Below, in pieces: positions 46,530 to 57,673 of a stretch of DNA of 64,000 nucleotides (position 1 is its first letter; each line of letters starts with the position of its first letter). Source of the stretch: an uncultured Gemmatimonadales bacterium (GTDB lineage Bacteria; Gemmatimonadota; Gemmatimonadetes; Longimicrobiales; Gaopeijiaceae). The DNA is taken from positions 864,001 through 928,000 of the forward strand of contig CAWELD010000003.1 in the NCBI GenBank assembly GCA_963809895.1. Direction: 5' to 3'. Under the pieces are notes generated by a model that searched no databases, was not told the origin of the DNA, and saw only the letters and a list, made by a program, of their open reading frames with translations. Made by a program: the position numbers and the translations under genes.

Positions 46530-46903
46530 AGCCCCGCATCGCCGTCGTGGAGGACAACCCCGACAATCGCCTGCTCGTCCAGGCCATCCTGGACGACCGC
46601 TTCGAGGTGTCCGAGTACGAAACCGGCACCGAAGCGGTGGAGGGACTGGAAGCGGACAGCCCCGATCTGGTCCTCCTGGACATCTCGCTCCCGGAGATGG
46701 ACGGGACCGAGGTCCTGGCCTGGATCCGCGCCAACGAGCGTCTGGCCGCGCTTCCGGTGATCGCGCTCACGGCCCACGCCATGGCCGGCGACCGGGAGCG
46801 GTACCTGGAGGCGGGATTCGACGACTACGTCACCAAGCCCATCGTGGACGAGGACGTGCTCATCGGAGCCATCGAACGATGGCTGGGGAAGGGCGAGTCC
46901 TGA
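46526..46903 (+). CDS. Single-domain response regulator
   Basis: VVEDN, LLDISLP, ALTAHA, YVTKP. Confidence 0.9.
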   Translation: MKPRIAVVEDNPDNRLLVQAILDDRFEVSEYETGTEAVEGLEADSPDLVLLDISLPEMDGTEVLAWIRANERLAALPVIALTAHAMAGDRERYLEAGFDDYVTKPIVDEDVLIGAIERWLGKGES

Positions 46904-49900
46904 CGACGGCCCAGGCTTCCGACACCGTCGACGGGGCCACGCCCCAGCCGTCAGGGACCGCGCTGGACGAGGTCCCGCGGTCGTTCCGGGTAGAGCCCCC
47001 GCCGGCGGGGGGTGCGGTCCACGTCGTCATCGCCGTCGTCTTGCTGCTCGGGGCGTTGGTCCTTCCCCGCGAAGGCACCTCCACGACGGCATGGCACACG
47101 GGGATCGAGATGGCGGCCATCACGCTGGCCGCGGTGCTCGGCGGGCTGGGCCTGGTCCGCTACTACTCGCGCTTCCACCGGGCCTTTCTCTACATCGGCA
47201 CGGGCTTCCTGGCCACCGCGGCCCTGGACGCCATGCATCTGCTCCTGGTGTCGGGGTGGATCACGCCGCGCGCCCTGGCACCGAGCGCCGACCTGAGCGC
47301 CTGGAGCTGGTTGCAGGCCCGCACCTTCCTGGCGCTCTTCCTCTCGGTGAGCGTGCTGGCGCCACGCACTCCGCCGGAGGGTGAAGGGCGCCGGGGCGGC
47401 GAGAGCTCGGTCTACCTGACGGCGGGGCTGCTCACCCTCCTGGTCGTGGCCTTCTTCTCGATGGCGCCCATCTCGCCGGCCATCCATCCGACCTGGTTCA
47501 TCGCCCGTCCGGCCGAGTTCGTGCCGGCACTGCTCTTCGGTCTCGCCTACGTGGGCTACTTCAGGCGGGGGCGCTGGCGCACCGATCCCTTCGAGCACTG
47601 GCTGCTGCTGGCCCTGCTCGTGTCGACGCTCCTCCATGCCGCCTACATGTCACGTTCGGCGGCGTTGGGGGATCCCCTCTACGAAGCCGCGCACGTGCTG
47701 AAGGTGGCCAGCTACGGCATGGTCCTGGTGGGGCTGCTGGTGAGCCTGTTCCTGGCGTTCCGGCGCGAGGGGGAGGCCCTGACCGCGGTGACGACCGCCA
47801 AACAGGCCCTCGAGCGCGAGGTCGACGTACGACGGAGCGCGGAGGAAGTGCTGCAGCGTAGCGAGGAGCGCCTGCAGAACTTCCTGGACAACGCCCACGA
47901 TCTGGTCCTCAGCACCGCGCCCGACGGCCGCATCCTGTACGTCAACGCCGCCTGGACCCGGACGCTGGGCTATTCGGCCCGCGACCTGGAGGAGTTGCGG
48001 CTGCCCGACGTGCTGCACCCCGAGTCGCGGGAGCACGTCATGGCGGCGTTCCGACACGTGCTGGCCGGCGAGCGCATCGAGCGTCTCACGGCCGAGCTCG
48101 TGGCTCGAGACGGGCGCATCGTGGTGGTGTCGGGAAGCGCGAGCAGGCACGTGGTGGACGGCGTGCCCGTGAGCGCCCAGGCCATCTTCCGCGACGTGAC
48201 GCAGCAGCGACGCGCGGAGCGGGAGCTGGCCGCGTCCCGGGCCAACCTGGCGGCCCTGGTCGAGAACACCGGCGACGCCATCTGGTCCGTGGACACGCGC
48301 CAGCGCCTGGTCACCTTCAACTCCGGGTTCGCGCTGGCGGTGGAGGCCCGGTCGGGCCGTGAGCCGCGGGTGGGGGATCCTCCCGAGGTGGTGTTCGGGA
48401 CGCGAACGGCCCAATGGTACCGGGACATGTACGATCGCGTGCTCTCGGGCGAACGCTTCTCGGCGTTGCTGGAAGAGCGCATGGAGGGCCAGGAGCGGGT
48501 GGTGGAGATCTTCTGCAACCCGGTGCTGGAAGCGGACGGAACCACCGGGGCCGTCATGTTCGGCAAGGACGTGACGCGCCGCCTGCGGGCCGAGGAAGCG
48601 CTGCGGGTCGCCAAGGAGGACGCGGAGCTCGCCAACCGGGCCAAGAGCCAGTTCCTGGCCAACATGAGCCACGAGCTGCGCACCCCGCTCAATTCGGTCA
48701 TCGGCTTCGCCAACATCCTGCTCAAGAACAAGAAGGGGAACCTGACCGACCAGGACACCAGCTTCCTGGACCGGATCCTGGCCAACGGGCGTCACCTGTT
48801 GTCGCTCATCAACGAGGTCCTGGATCTGGCCAAGATCGAGGCCGGGCGCCTGGAGGTGAAGCTGGAAGACGTCGACCTCGCCGAGCTCATCACCGAGACC
48901 GTCGATCAGCTCGAGGGACAGGCCCGGGAGAAGCGGGTCACCCTGGTGGCCGACACGCCCTCGGTGGTGTCCCGGGCGGAGACCGACGCGCCCAAGCTGA
49001 AGCAGGTCATCATCAACCTGGTGGGCAACGCCCTCAAGTTCACCGAGGGCGGGCGTGTCACGGTGCGCCTGGAAACCGGTCCGGACGGCGTCACGCCCCG
49101 GGCCGTGGCCGTCGAAGACACCGGCATCGGCATCCCCCCGGAGCGTCTGGACGCGATCTTCGAGGCGTTTCAGCAAGCCGACAGCGGCACCGCGAGACGC
49201 TACGGCGGCACGGGGCTCGGGCTCACCATCTCGCGGTCCATCTGCAACCTCCTGGGTTACGAGCTCACGGTGACCTCGGAGGTGGGCCGGGGATCCATTT
49301 TCACGATCCACCTCACCGGCGAGGAGGTGGAGGTCGTGGAGGCGGTGGAGGTGGTGGAGACGCCGTCGTCATCCGACGCCCCCGGCCCGCCGCAGGACGA
49401 CGACGCCCAGACCCCGGGGGATGGTGACGGGCCGCGCACGGTCGCGGCACCGGCCTCCGGTTCACATCACAATCCCACCGACCTGAGCGTCCTGGTCGTG
49501 GACGACGAGGCCGACTCCCGGATCCTCATGACCCACTACCTGGCCGACCTGGGGTGTACGGTGCACACGGCCGCGTCCGGCGCCGAGGGCATCGAGGTCG
49601 CCCGCCAGGTGCATCCGGACCTCATCACGCTGGATCTGATGATGCCCGGAATGAACGGTTGGGACGCGCTGCGGGCGCTCAAGGAGGACCCCGAGCTCCA
49701 GGACATTCCGGTGGTGGTCGTGAGCATCGTCGCGGCGGAAGGGCCGCGGGCGACTCCTCGGTGCCGTGGATCTGCTCTCCAAGCCGGTGGATCGCGAAGA
49801 CCTGCTCCGGGTCCTGTGGCGGAATCTGGTGCGCCGGCGCTCGGGCCGCGTGCTGGTGGTGGAGGACGACGACGACCTGCGCACCGTGGTGGTGGAGCAC

Positions 49901-50218
49901 CTGGAGTCGGCGGGCCTCCAGGTCCGCGCCGTGAGCAACGGCGAAGCGGCGCTGGCGGCCGTGAACGAGGAAGCGCCCGACGCGGTCATCCTGGATCTCA
50001 TGATGCCGGTGATGGACGGCATGACCTTCCTGCGCCGGCTGCGAGAGAATCCCTACCACACGGGCCTGCCGGTGGTGGTGCTCACGGCCAAGGAGCTCAC
50101 CGACGACGAGCGCAGCTGGCTGGGCGAAAACGCCTCGGACGTGGTGTCCAAGGGAGACGACATGGGCGGCCGCCTGAAGGAAGTCCTGAGCGCCTTCCTG
50201 CCGCTGTCGCGGGACTGA
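46879..50218 (+). CDS. Membrane hybrid histidine kinase (multi-TM sensor, 2 PAS, HisKA, HATPase, 2 REC), +1 frameshift at about 49742
   Basis: 7-8 TM helices, FLANMSHELRTPLN, NLVGNALKFT, DTGIG, GGTGLGL; the first REC is completed (GAVDLLSKPV) and a second REC follows in the shifted frame. Start uncertain (46879-46900). Confidence 0.85.
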
Positions 50219-50224
50219 CCGAGA

Positions 50225-50250
50225 GGTTCGGACCTTTCGGGGTCCGATCC
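50225..50250 (+). terminator. UUCG-loop hairpin after the kinase gene
   Basis: GGTTCGGACCT-TTCG-GGGTCCGATCC; one mismatch, no U-tract. Confidence 0.4.
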
Positions 50251-50287
50251 CGGAAACGCCGCGGGCGATCACGGGTATCCGCGTGCC

Positions 50288-51773
50288 ATGCCCCACGTGC
50301 CCGCCGACCGCATTCGCCTGCTCGCCGACCGACCCGTGCGCCGGGACGGCACGCACGTGCTGTACTGGATGGTGGCGCACCGCCGGCTGGACTGGAACTA
50401 CGCCCTCGAACAGGCCGTGGGGTACGCCCGCCAGCTCGAGCGGCCGCTGATCATTCTCGAGGCGCTGCGCGTGGACTACCCCTGGGCCAGCCAGCGCCAT
50501 CACCGCTTCGTGCTGGACGGGATGCGAGAGCACCGGAGGCGCCTCGCGGGCTCCCGGGTGGCGTATCATGCCTACGTGGAGCCGGAGAAGGGGGCGGGGA
50601 AGGGGCTCCTGGAGGCACTCGCGCGGAGACGCCTGCTTGGTGGTGACCGACGACTTCCCGGCGTTCTTCCTGCCCCGCATGCAGGAGGCGGCCGCTCGCA
50701 AGCTGGGGTGCCGACTGGAAGCCGTGGACGCCAACGGGCTTTATCCGGTGCGTGCGGCGGGCCGGACCTTCAGCGCCGCGGTCCACTTTCGCCGGCATCT
50801 CCAGAGGGAGCTGGGCCGGCACCTGGTGCAGCCGCCGGCGGCCCATCCGCTCATGGGCGACCCGCTGGTGGAATCCGCGGGCCTGCCGGGCGAGGTGTCA
50901 CGACGATGGCCTGCGGCCCCGGACGCCCTCCTCGACGGCGAGTCGGGCGCGCTGGACGCGCTGCCCGTGGACGCCGAGGTCGCGCCGGTACCGTTCGCCG
51001 GCGGCACGACGGCCGCAGAAGAGCGGCTCACCCGTTTCCTGGAGTCGGGCCTGGACCGCTACGCCGAGTCCCGGAACGACCCCGACGCCGACGTGGCCTC
51101 ACGCCTGTCGCCGTACCTCCACTGGGGCCACCTGTCGACGCACCGTGTCCTGGACGCCCTGGCGGAGCGGGAAGGCTGGACGCCGGCCCGGATCTCCGAC
51201 CAGGTGTCCGGCAGCCGGCGCGGCTGGTGGGGCATGTCGCCCGAGGCCGAGACGTTTCTGGACGAGCTGGTCACCTGGCGCGAGATCGGCTTCAACTACT
51301 GCGCTGAACGGCCCGACTACCACCGTTACGACACGCTCCCCGAGTGGGCGCTGAAGACCCTGGAGACGCATGCGGACGACGAGCGGCCGTGGGTCTACGG
51401 GCTCGAGGAGTTCCAGAGCGCCAACACCCACGACGAGCTCTGGAATGCCGCCCAGCGTGAGCTCCGGCGCGAAGGGACCATCCACAACTACCTGCGCATG
51501 TTGTGGGGCAAGAAGATCCTCGAGTGGACGCCCGACCCCCGCACCGCGCTGGACATCATGGTGGAGCTGAACAACCGCTGGGCCATCGATGGACGCGATC
51601 CCAACTCCTGGTGCGGCATCTTCTGGGTACTGGGCCGCTTCGACCGCGGATGGCCGGAGCGTGACGTCTACGGCAAGGTCCGCTCCATGTCGTCGGACAG
51701 CACGCGCCGCAAGGTGTCGCTTCACGGCTATCTCGGACGCTACGGCGCCCAGCCCGCCCTCGACCTCACCTGA
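50288..51773 (+). CDS. phr: Class II CPD DNA photolyase, +1 frameshift at about 50625
   Basis: VLYWM...NYAL, VVTDDFP, SRLSPYLHWGHLS, HNYLRMLWGKKILEW, DGRDPN. Confidence 0.88.
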
Positions 51774-51794
51774 ACCACCCGGACCCCTCACGTC

Positions 51795-53192
51795 ATGCCT
51801 GTCTTCCGCTCCCGCGTCACCCTGTCCGCCAGTCCGGCCGACGTCTTCGCCTGGCACGAGCGTCCAGGCGCTCTGGAGCGCCTCACACCGCCCTGGGAGC
51901 ACGTCCGGGTGTTGGAGCGCTCCGGGGGCATCCGCGACGGTGCCGAGGTGCGGCTCAAGATGAAACGGGGGCCCCTGGACTTCACCTGGCACGTCCGCCA
52001 TCGGGACTACGAGGAAGGCCGTCAGTTCGTGGACGAGCAGGTGAAGGGCCCCTTCCAGCGCTGGGTGCACACCCACCGCTTCCTGCCCGGCGACGGCGGC
52101 GGCTGTGTCATGGAGGACGAGATCGAGTGGGAGCCACCGCTGGGATCGGCCGGCGAGCTGGTGACGGCCCCCATGATCGAGCGGGATCTCCGGCGGGCCT
52201 TCGCATTCCGCCATCGCCGGCTCGCGGACGACCTGGAGCTCCAGGGACGGTTCGCCAGCCAGCCGCGCCTCACCGTGGCCATCACCGGCGCCAGCGGACT
52301 GGTGGGAACCACGCTGGGCCACCTCCTCACCACCGGGGGCCATCGCGTGGTCCCCGTGACACGCGATCGCGCCGCCGCCGAGGCCGGTGGAGGTATCTAC
52401 TGGAACCCCTCCACCGGGGACATCGACGAACAGGGTCTGGTGGGCGTCGATGCGGTGGTGCACCTGGCCGGAGAGCCGATCCAGGCCATGCGCTGGACCA
52501 GCGACAAGAAGCGGGCGATCCGGGAATCCCGGGTCCAGGGAACGGAGCTCATCAGTCGCACGGTGGCGAGCCTGCGCGGCGGTCCCTCGACGCTGATCTC
52601 GGCGTCGGGGGTGCACTTCTACGGGGGCCGCGGCGACGAGATCCTCACGGAGACCAGCCCTCCCGGGCGCGGCTTTCTGGCTGAGACCTGTAAGCTGTGG
52701 GAGGGCGCCACGCGCCGGGCCGAAGGGGCCGGCATCCGCGTGGTGAGGCTCCGTTGCGGACTCATCCTGAGCACGGCGGGAGGCGCCCTGCCCGTGATGC
52801 TGTGGGCCTTCAAGGCGGGCCTGGCGGGCCGGATCGGCAGCGGTCGCCAATACGTGTCCTGGATCGATCTCGACGACGCCGTGGGTCTCTACTACCACGC
52901 GCTCATGGACCCGTCGATGAAGGGCACCTTCAACGCCACGGCGCCGCACCCCGTCACCAACGCCACCTTCACGGACGTGCTGGGCCGCATCCTGCACCGT
53001 CCCACGGTGATTCCGGTGCCGAAACTGGGCGTGCGCGCGTTGCTGGGTGAGATGGGTGACGAGCTGCTGCTCCAGGGCCAACGGGTGCGGCCGGCGGCGG
53101 CGCTGGCCGCGGGATACGGCTTCTTCTACGAGGGACTCGAGGACTCGCTCCGCCACCAGCTCGGGCGGCCGGCCCCGGACAGCCCGGACTGA
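51795..53192 (+). CDS. SRPBCC-domain + TIGR01777 NAD-dependent epimerase-family protein
   Basis: N-terminal FAWHERPGALERLTPPW...FVDEQVKGPF..WVHTH; ITGASGLVG, HLAGE, SWIDLDD. Confidence 0.85.
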   Translation: MPVFRSRVTLSASPADVFAWHERPGALERLTPPWEHVRVLERSGGIRDGAEVRLKMKRGPLDFTWHVRHRDYEEGRQFVDEQVKGPFQRWVHTHRFLPGDGGGCVMEDEIEWEPPLGSAGELVTAPMIERDLRRAFAFRHRRLADDLELQGRFASQPRLTVAITGASGLVGTTLGHLLTTGGHRVVPVTRDRAAAEAGGGIYWNPSTGDIDEQGLVGVDAVVHLAGEPIQAMRWTSDKKRAIRESRVQGTELISRTVASLRGGPSTLISASGVHFYGGRGDEILTETSPPGRGFLAETCKLWEGATRRAEGAGIRVVRLRCGLILSTAGGALPVMLWAFKAGLAGRIGSGRQYVSWIDLDDAVGLYYHALMDPSMKGTFNATAPHPVTNATFTDVLGRILHRPTVIPVPKLGVRALLGEMGDELLLQGQRVRPAAALAAGYGFFYEGLEDSLRHQLGRPAPDSPD

Positions 53193-53200
53193 ACCGCGCG

Positions 53201-54806
53201 TCAGCCGCCGGCCAGCGTGACCGGAGCGGGGCGGGGGCCGCGTCCGTCGGCGAAGCGCACCTCGCCCGGCGTATCGGCGTTCCACTGCGGGGCCAGCCCC
53301 AGATCCTCGGCGATGCACCCGTAGGTGGCCTCCGCCGACAGGATCACGCCGGGGACGCCGGCACCGGGGTGCGTGCCGGCCCCCACCAGATAGAGTCCGT
53401 CCACATCCTCGCTGCGGTTGTGCGGCCGGAACCAGGCGGTCTGCGTGATACGGGGCTCCACGGCGAACGCATTGCCCCAGGTAGCATTGAGCTCGGACTC
53501 GAAGTCGTCCGGGGTAAAGATATGAAGCACTTCGAGTTGTTCGCGTAGATCCGTGAGGCCCCATTCCTCCAGGAACTCCAGGATGCGGTCGGCGAAGGCG
53601 TCCTTGAGCGCGCTCCAGTCCAGCCCCGAGCGGTTGTTGGCCACCGGCACCAGCACGTACATGCTCTCGCAGCCCTCCGGAGCCATCTCCGGGTCGGTGC
53701 GGGTCGGCGCGTGCACGTACATGGAGAAAGTCGTCGGGCAGGATCTTGCGGTCGAAGATGTCCCGGATGAGCTCGCGGTAGCGCTCGGTGAGGATGAGGG
53801 TGTGGTGCGCCAGCTCCGGGTACTGCCGGCGCACGCCCAGATAGAGCAGGAAGCAGCTCATGCTGTAGTGCTGGCGCGCCACCTTGCGGTCCGTCCAGCG
53901 GCGGCGGTGGCTGCCGTCCACCAGATCCCGGTACGTGTGGCCGACATCGGCGTTGCTCACCACCACGTCGGCCGGGAAGTGGGTGCCGCGAGCGCGGACG
54001 CCCACGGCACGGCCGTCCCGAACCTCGATCTCGTCGACCTCGTGGTCCGTGAAGAGGCTCCCGCCGAGCTCCACGAACACGCGACCCATGGCCTCCACGA
54101 CGCTGTACATGCCGCCCTTTGAGAACCACACGCCGCCCTGGCGCTCCAGATAGGGGATCATGAGGTAGACCGAGGGTGCCGTGAAGGGACTCCCCCCGAC
54201 GAAGAGGGGGTGGAACGAGTACAGGAAGCGGTGCCGGAAATCGCGGAAATAGCGCGACACGAAGTGATGGACCGGGCGCCACGCACCCAGCTTCAGCAGG
54301 CGCGGAACAAATCGCGCCAGGCTTCCCAGCGTGTCGAAGGGCTGGGAGCCGAGCCGATCGCCGATGACGGCGTCGTAGATGGGCTCCACCTGCTCCATGA
54401 AGTCGTCCAGGCGCTCGGCGTCGCCGGCGTCGAACCGGCGCATCTGCGCCTTCATGCGCTCCACGTCACCCACGTAGTCCAGCGACGAGCCGTCGTGGAA
54501 GTGGACCCGGTAGTAGGGATCCAGCGGGATGAGATCCACATAGTCGATGAGCCGGCGGCCGGCCGCGCGAAAGACGTCGTCGATGATGCCCGGCGCCGTG
54601 ATCAGGCTGGGGCCCATGTCGAAGACGTAGCCACGGTCCTGGAGCTGATAGGCGCGCCCTCCGATGCGCTCGCGCTTCTCGAGGAGCGTGACCTGGAGGC
54701 CGGCGGCCTGGAGGCGGATGGCGAGGGCGAGGCCCCCGAAGCCGCTGCCGATCACCACGGCGCGACGGGGGCTTCCGGTCCTGTCCTCGAATGTGACGCG
54801 GGTCAT
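53201..54806 (-). CDS. crtI: Phytoene desaturase, +1 frameshift at about 53728
   Basis: VIGSGFGG, GGRA, FDMGPSLIT, DDF/SMYVH broken by an extra T, LYLVGAGTHPGAGVPGV. Confidence 0.9.
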
Positions 54807-54826
54807 GGGATGGCGGGCTCCGGCGA

Positions 54827-56734
54827 TCAGCCGTCCTGAGGGGCGAGGGTCCAGGCCGACCGGGTATCCGCCTGCCGGCGGGCTCTCCGCAGATCGCGGA
54901 GCCCGCGGATTCCGAGTCGGACCTTGTGGAGGCGTCCGGTGAAGGCCCGCCGGGTACCGTTGTCCCAGTCGTTTCTCCGGAGGGCGTCGTGAATGCCCTG
55001 GTAGAGGCGCGCGGCGACGGCCACGGGTCGGGCGTAGAAGGCCGGCAGGCGCGGAAGGGCTTCGAAGGCTTCGTCGTAGAGGCGGTCGGCTCGGGTGGCC
55101 AGGGACTCCATGAGCCCCTTCCAGGCGTCGTCCACGGCTCCCGGCAGGCCCCGGGCCACCGACGCCACTTGCGTCCGGGTCACCCCGTGGCGCTCCATCG
55201 CGTCCAGCGGCAGGTACAGGCGACCCGCTCGCCAGTCTTCACCCACGTCGCGCAGGATGTTGGTGAGCTGCATGGCGTGGCCGAGGCCATAGGCTCGGGC
55301 CAGCACGTCCGGATCCCGCACGCCGAACATCTCGGTGAGCCATCCCCCCACCACTGCCGCCACCCGGTACGTGTAGACCTCGAGCTCGGCCGTGGTGGTG
55401 AAGGGGGAGGGGTCGAGGTCCATGGCGACGCCGGCCAGGAGCTCGTCGGCGTAGTGGAAGGACACGCCGGCGCGCCGGGTGGCTCCCATGACCTCGTCGA
55501 GCAGCGGGACGCCCGTCTCCTCGCCGTCGTAGGCCCCCCGGGCCAGCTCCCGCCACGCAGCGAGAAGCGCACGGACGTCCTCCGGGGGCCCCTCGGCCTC
55601 GTCCACCAGGTCGTCGGTGAAGCGGCAGAAGGCGTACACCGACTCCACGCACCGACGCTCGCGGCGGGGAAAGAGTCGGGATGCGAAGCGGAAGGAGTGG
55701 CCGTGACGAGCCAGGTACCCTCCCCAGGCATCGGGGCCTCCCACGGCTGCGGCTCGCGCCCGCACCAGGGACTCCGTGGAGGGGCCCGAAGGGGACGGAG
55801 CGAGGGCCGCCCGCTCCCGCACCAGCGCCCTCTCGGCCACCGCGACCCAGGTGTGCGCGAGCTCGGCGACCGCCGGCGGCACTCGCACCGCCAGCGCGCA
55901 GGCCTCGGCGTGGAGCCGCACCAGCGCGCGTCCGAGGGGTGCCGGCCCTCCGTCGGGCGCGCCGTCGAGGAGCCGGCGTCCGAAGGCCTCCGGCCCGAGC
56001 CCGTCGGGATCGGGAAACTCCTCGACTCCCGCCTCGTCCAGCACGAAGGTCCACTTCTTCTGGCGCAGGTCCTGGAAGGGCGGCTTGCCGCGCCGGGCCG
56101 AGGCGCAGTAGTCCAGGAAATCGTCCACCATCTGATAGAGCGCGCCCAGGGCGGTGCCCGCGGCGTGGGCCTCGGCCGGATCTTCACCGCGCACGTCCGC
56201 CGCCAGCACCAGGGCGGCGCCGAAGAGCTCGCCCGACTTGCCTTCGATGGCCGAGCGGTACTGCTCGGGGGTGAGCCGCCGGCCGGCCGCGGCGCCCTGA
56301 CGCAACTCTCCGGCCACGGTGCGCTCCACCGACCGGATGAACCAGTCGAGAAAGACGGGCCGCCCGCTCCTGGCGGCCACGCGATAGGCTGCCGTCAGCA
56401 GGTGATCCCCCAGCACGAGTGCGGCCCCGACGCCGCGTTCGGCGGCCACCGTGGGGCGCCCCCTGCGCCGCTCCGCGCCGTCCAGAACGTCGTCGTGAAG
56501 CAGCGAGGCCTCGTGCGCCATCTGGATGGCCAGGGCTCCGTACCAGAACTCGTCCGGAACCGCGTCGGGGGCCCGGTCCGCCGCCAGGGCACGGTAGGCG
56601 ACCAGGGGGCGGAGCAGCTTCCCCTTCAGCGCGGGCACGGGCAGGCCATCGGCGCGCACGCGGCGGGCGACGCGGTCGAGCCCCGCACGCACCCGGTCCT
56701 CGACCGTCACGCCTCGGGTCGCCGGGATCGTCAC
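54827..56734 (-). CDS. crtB: Fused GGPP synthase (CrtE-like) and phytoene synthase (CrtB)
   Basis: GKLLRP, LLHDDVLD..RRG and YQMVDDFLD, then SFRFASRLF, YAFCRFTDDLVD and QLTNILRDVGED in one frame; GTGA overlap with the cruF stop. Confidence 0.85.
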   Translation of the reverse strand: MTIPATRGVTVEDRVRAGLDRVARRVRADGLPVPALKGKLLRPLVAYRALAADRAPDAVPDEFWYGALAIQMAHEASLLHDDVLDGAERRRGRPTVAAERGVGAALVLGDHLLTAAYRVAARSGRPVFLDWFIRSVERTVAGELRQGAAAGRRLTPEQYRSAIEGKSGELFGAALVLAADVRGEDPAEAHAAGTALGALYQMVDDFLDYCASARRGKPPFQDLRQKKWTFVLDEAGVEEFPDPDGLGPEAFGRRLLDGAPDGGPAPLGRALVRLHAEACALAVRVPPAVAELAHTWVAVAERALVRERAALAPSPSGPSTESLVRARAAAVGGPDAWGGYLARHGHSFRFASRLFPRRERRCVESVYAFCRFTDDLVDEAEGPPEDVRALLAAWRELARGAYDGEETGVPLLDEVMGATRRAGVSFHYADELLAGVAMDLDPSPFTTTAELEVYTYRVAAVVGGWLTEMFGVRDPDVLARAYGLGHAMQLTNILRDVGEDWRAGRLYLPLDAMERHGVTRTQVASVARGLPGAVDDAWKGLMESLATRADRLYDEAFEALPRLPAFYARPVAVAARLYQGIHDALRRNDWDNGTRRAFTGRLHKVRLGIRGLRDLRRARRQADTRSAWTLAPQDG

Positions 56735-57654
56735 GCGACCTCCCCGGGAGCCAGACGCGGGCGCGGCCGGTGGGGTGGCGAGGCGTCGGGCGCGTCGTCG
56801 GTGGCCGGTGACGGCCGAAGCCCGGTCAGGACCACGGCGTGCAATGCCAGCGCCGTCACCGTGGCGCCCACCGACAGCCAGAGGCCGGCGGCGGCGACCA
56901 TGCCCAGCGGCATGAGAAGGACCGCCCCGTAATAGCCCGCCGCCCAGGACGCCGGAAGGCTCCCCGACCAGCGCAGGCGCCGGTCCAGGAGCTCCAGGGC
57001 GGTCATGAGGACGAGGCCCGTGACGAACCATCCGAGCAGGTTCACCCAGGGCATTCCGTAGAACGCTCCCTTCGACTCCCAGATCCAGTAGGGCGTGAGG
57101 TGGCTCATGGCCGGATCCAGCGCCAGATCCCAGGTCACCAGGAGCCCCGACGCCAACACGATGCGCGTGGGCGCCTGTCGCGAACGGGGGGCTCGAGCAC
57201 GTGCCACGACCCACGACACCGACGACATCAGGAACCAGCTCACGGGGATCAGCACCGGCACTCGGCCCAGCAGCTTGGGTCCCAGCAGACCGGTGTAGCC
57301 GTATCCGGAGAAGGGAACGCCGTAGCCGGTCCCGACGTGCTCGGCCAGGAAGCTGATCGCATACGCGACGGCGAAGGCCGGAAGCCAGCGCCATCCCGCG
57401 TGGCGAGCGAGGACCACGACCAGGACGGCGGCGGCAATCAGGATCTGCGCTCGGGCGAAGAGCGGAAACGAGACCTGGTAGACCCGGGCCGCCAGCGGGC
57501 CCGCGGGCAGGCGCTCCGGGTGGAGCCCGAAGTTCCAGTAGCCCAGGACGGCGACGACGGTGAAGAGCAGCAGCGTCAGAAGCGCGCGGCCTTCGAGGGA
57601 TCGCGGCAGCCAGCGCCGGGGGCCTGAGGTCACCCTGGAGAGAGGCGGGGTCAT
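56731..57654 (-). CDS. cruF: Carotenoid 1,2-hydratase (CruF family)
   Basis: Multi-TM; E..G...GVPF..Y.YT..LGP, VP..IP.SW, WDLALDP, YGMPWVNLLGW. Confidence 0.8.
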   Translation of the reverse strand: MTPPLSRVTSGPRRWLPRSLEGRALLTLLLFTVVAVLGYWNFGLHPERLPAGPLAARVYQVSFPLFARAQILIAAAVLVVVLARHAGWRWLPAFAVAYAISFLAEHVGTGYGVPFSGYGYTGLLGPKLLGRVPVLIPVSWFLMSSVSWVVARARAPRSRQAPTRIVLASGLLVTWDLALDPAMSHLTPYWIWESKGAFYGMPWVNLLGWFVTGLVLMTALELLDRRLRWSGSLPASWAAGYYGAVLLMPLGMVAAAGLWLSVGATVTALALHAVVLTGLRPSPATDDAPDASPPHRPRPRLAPGEVA

Positions 57655-57673
57655 GGATTCGGGATCCTGACGG

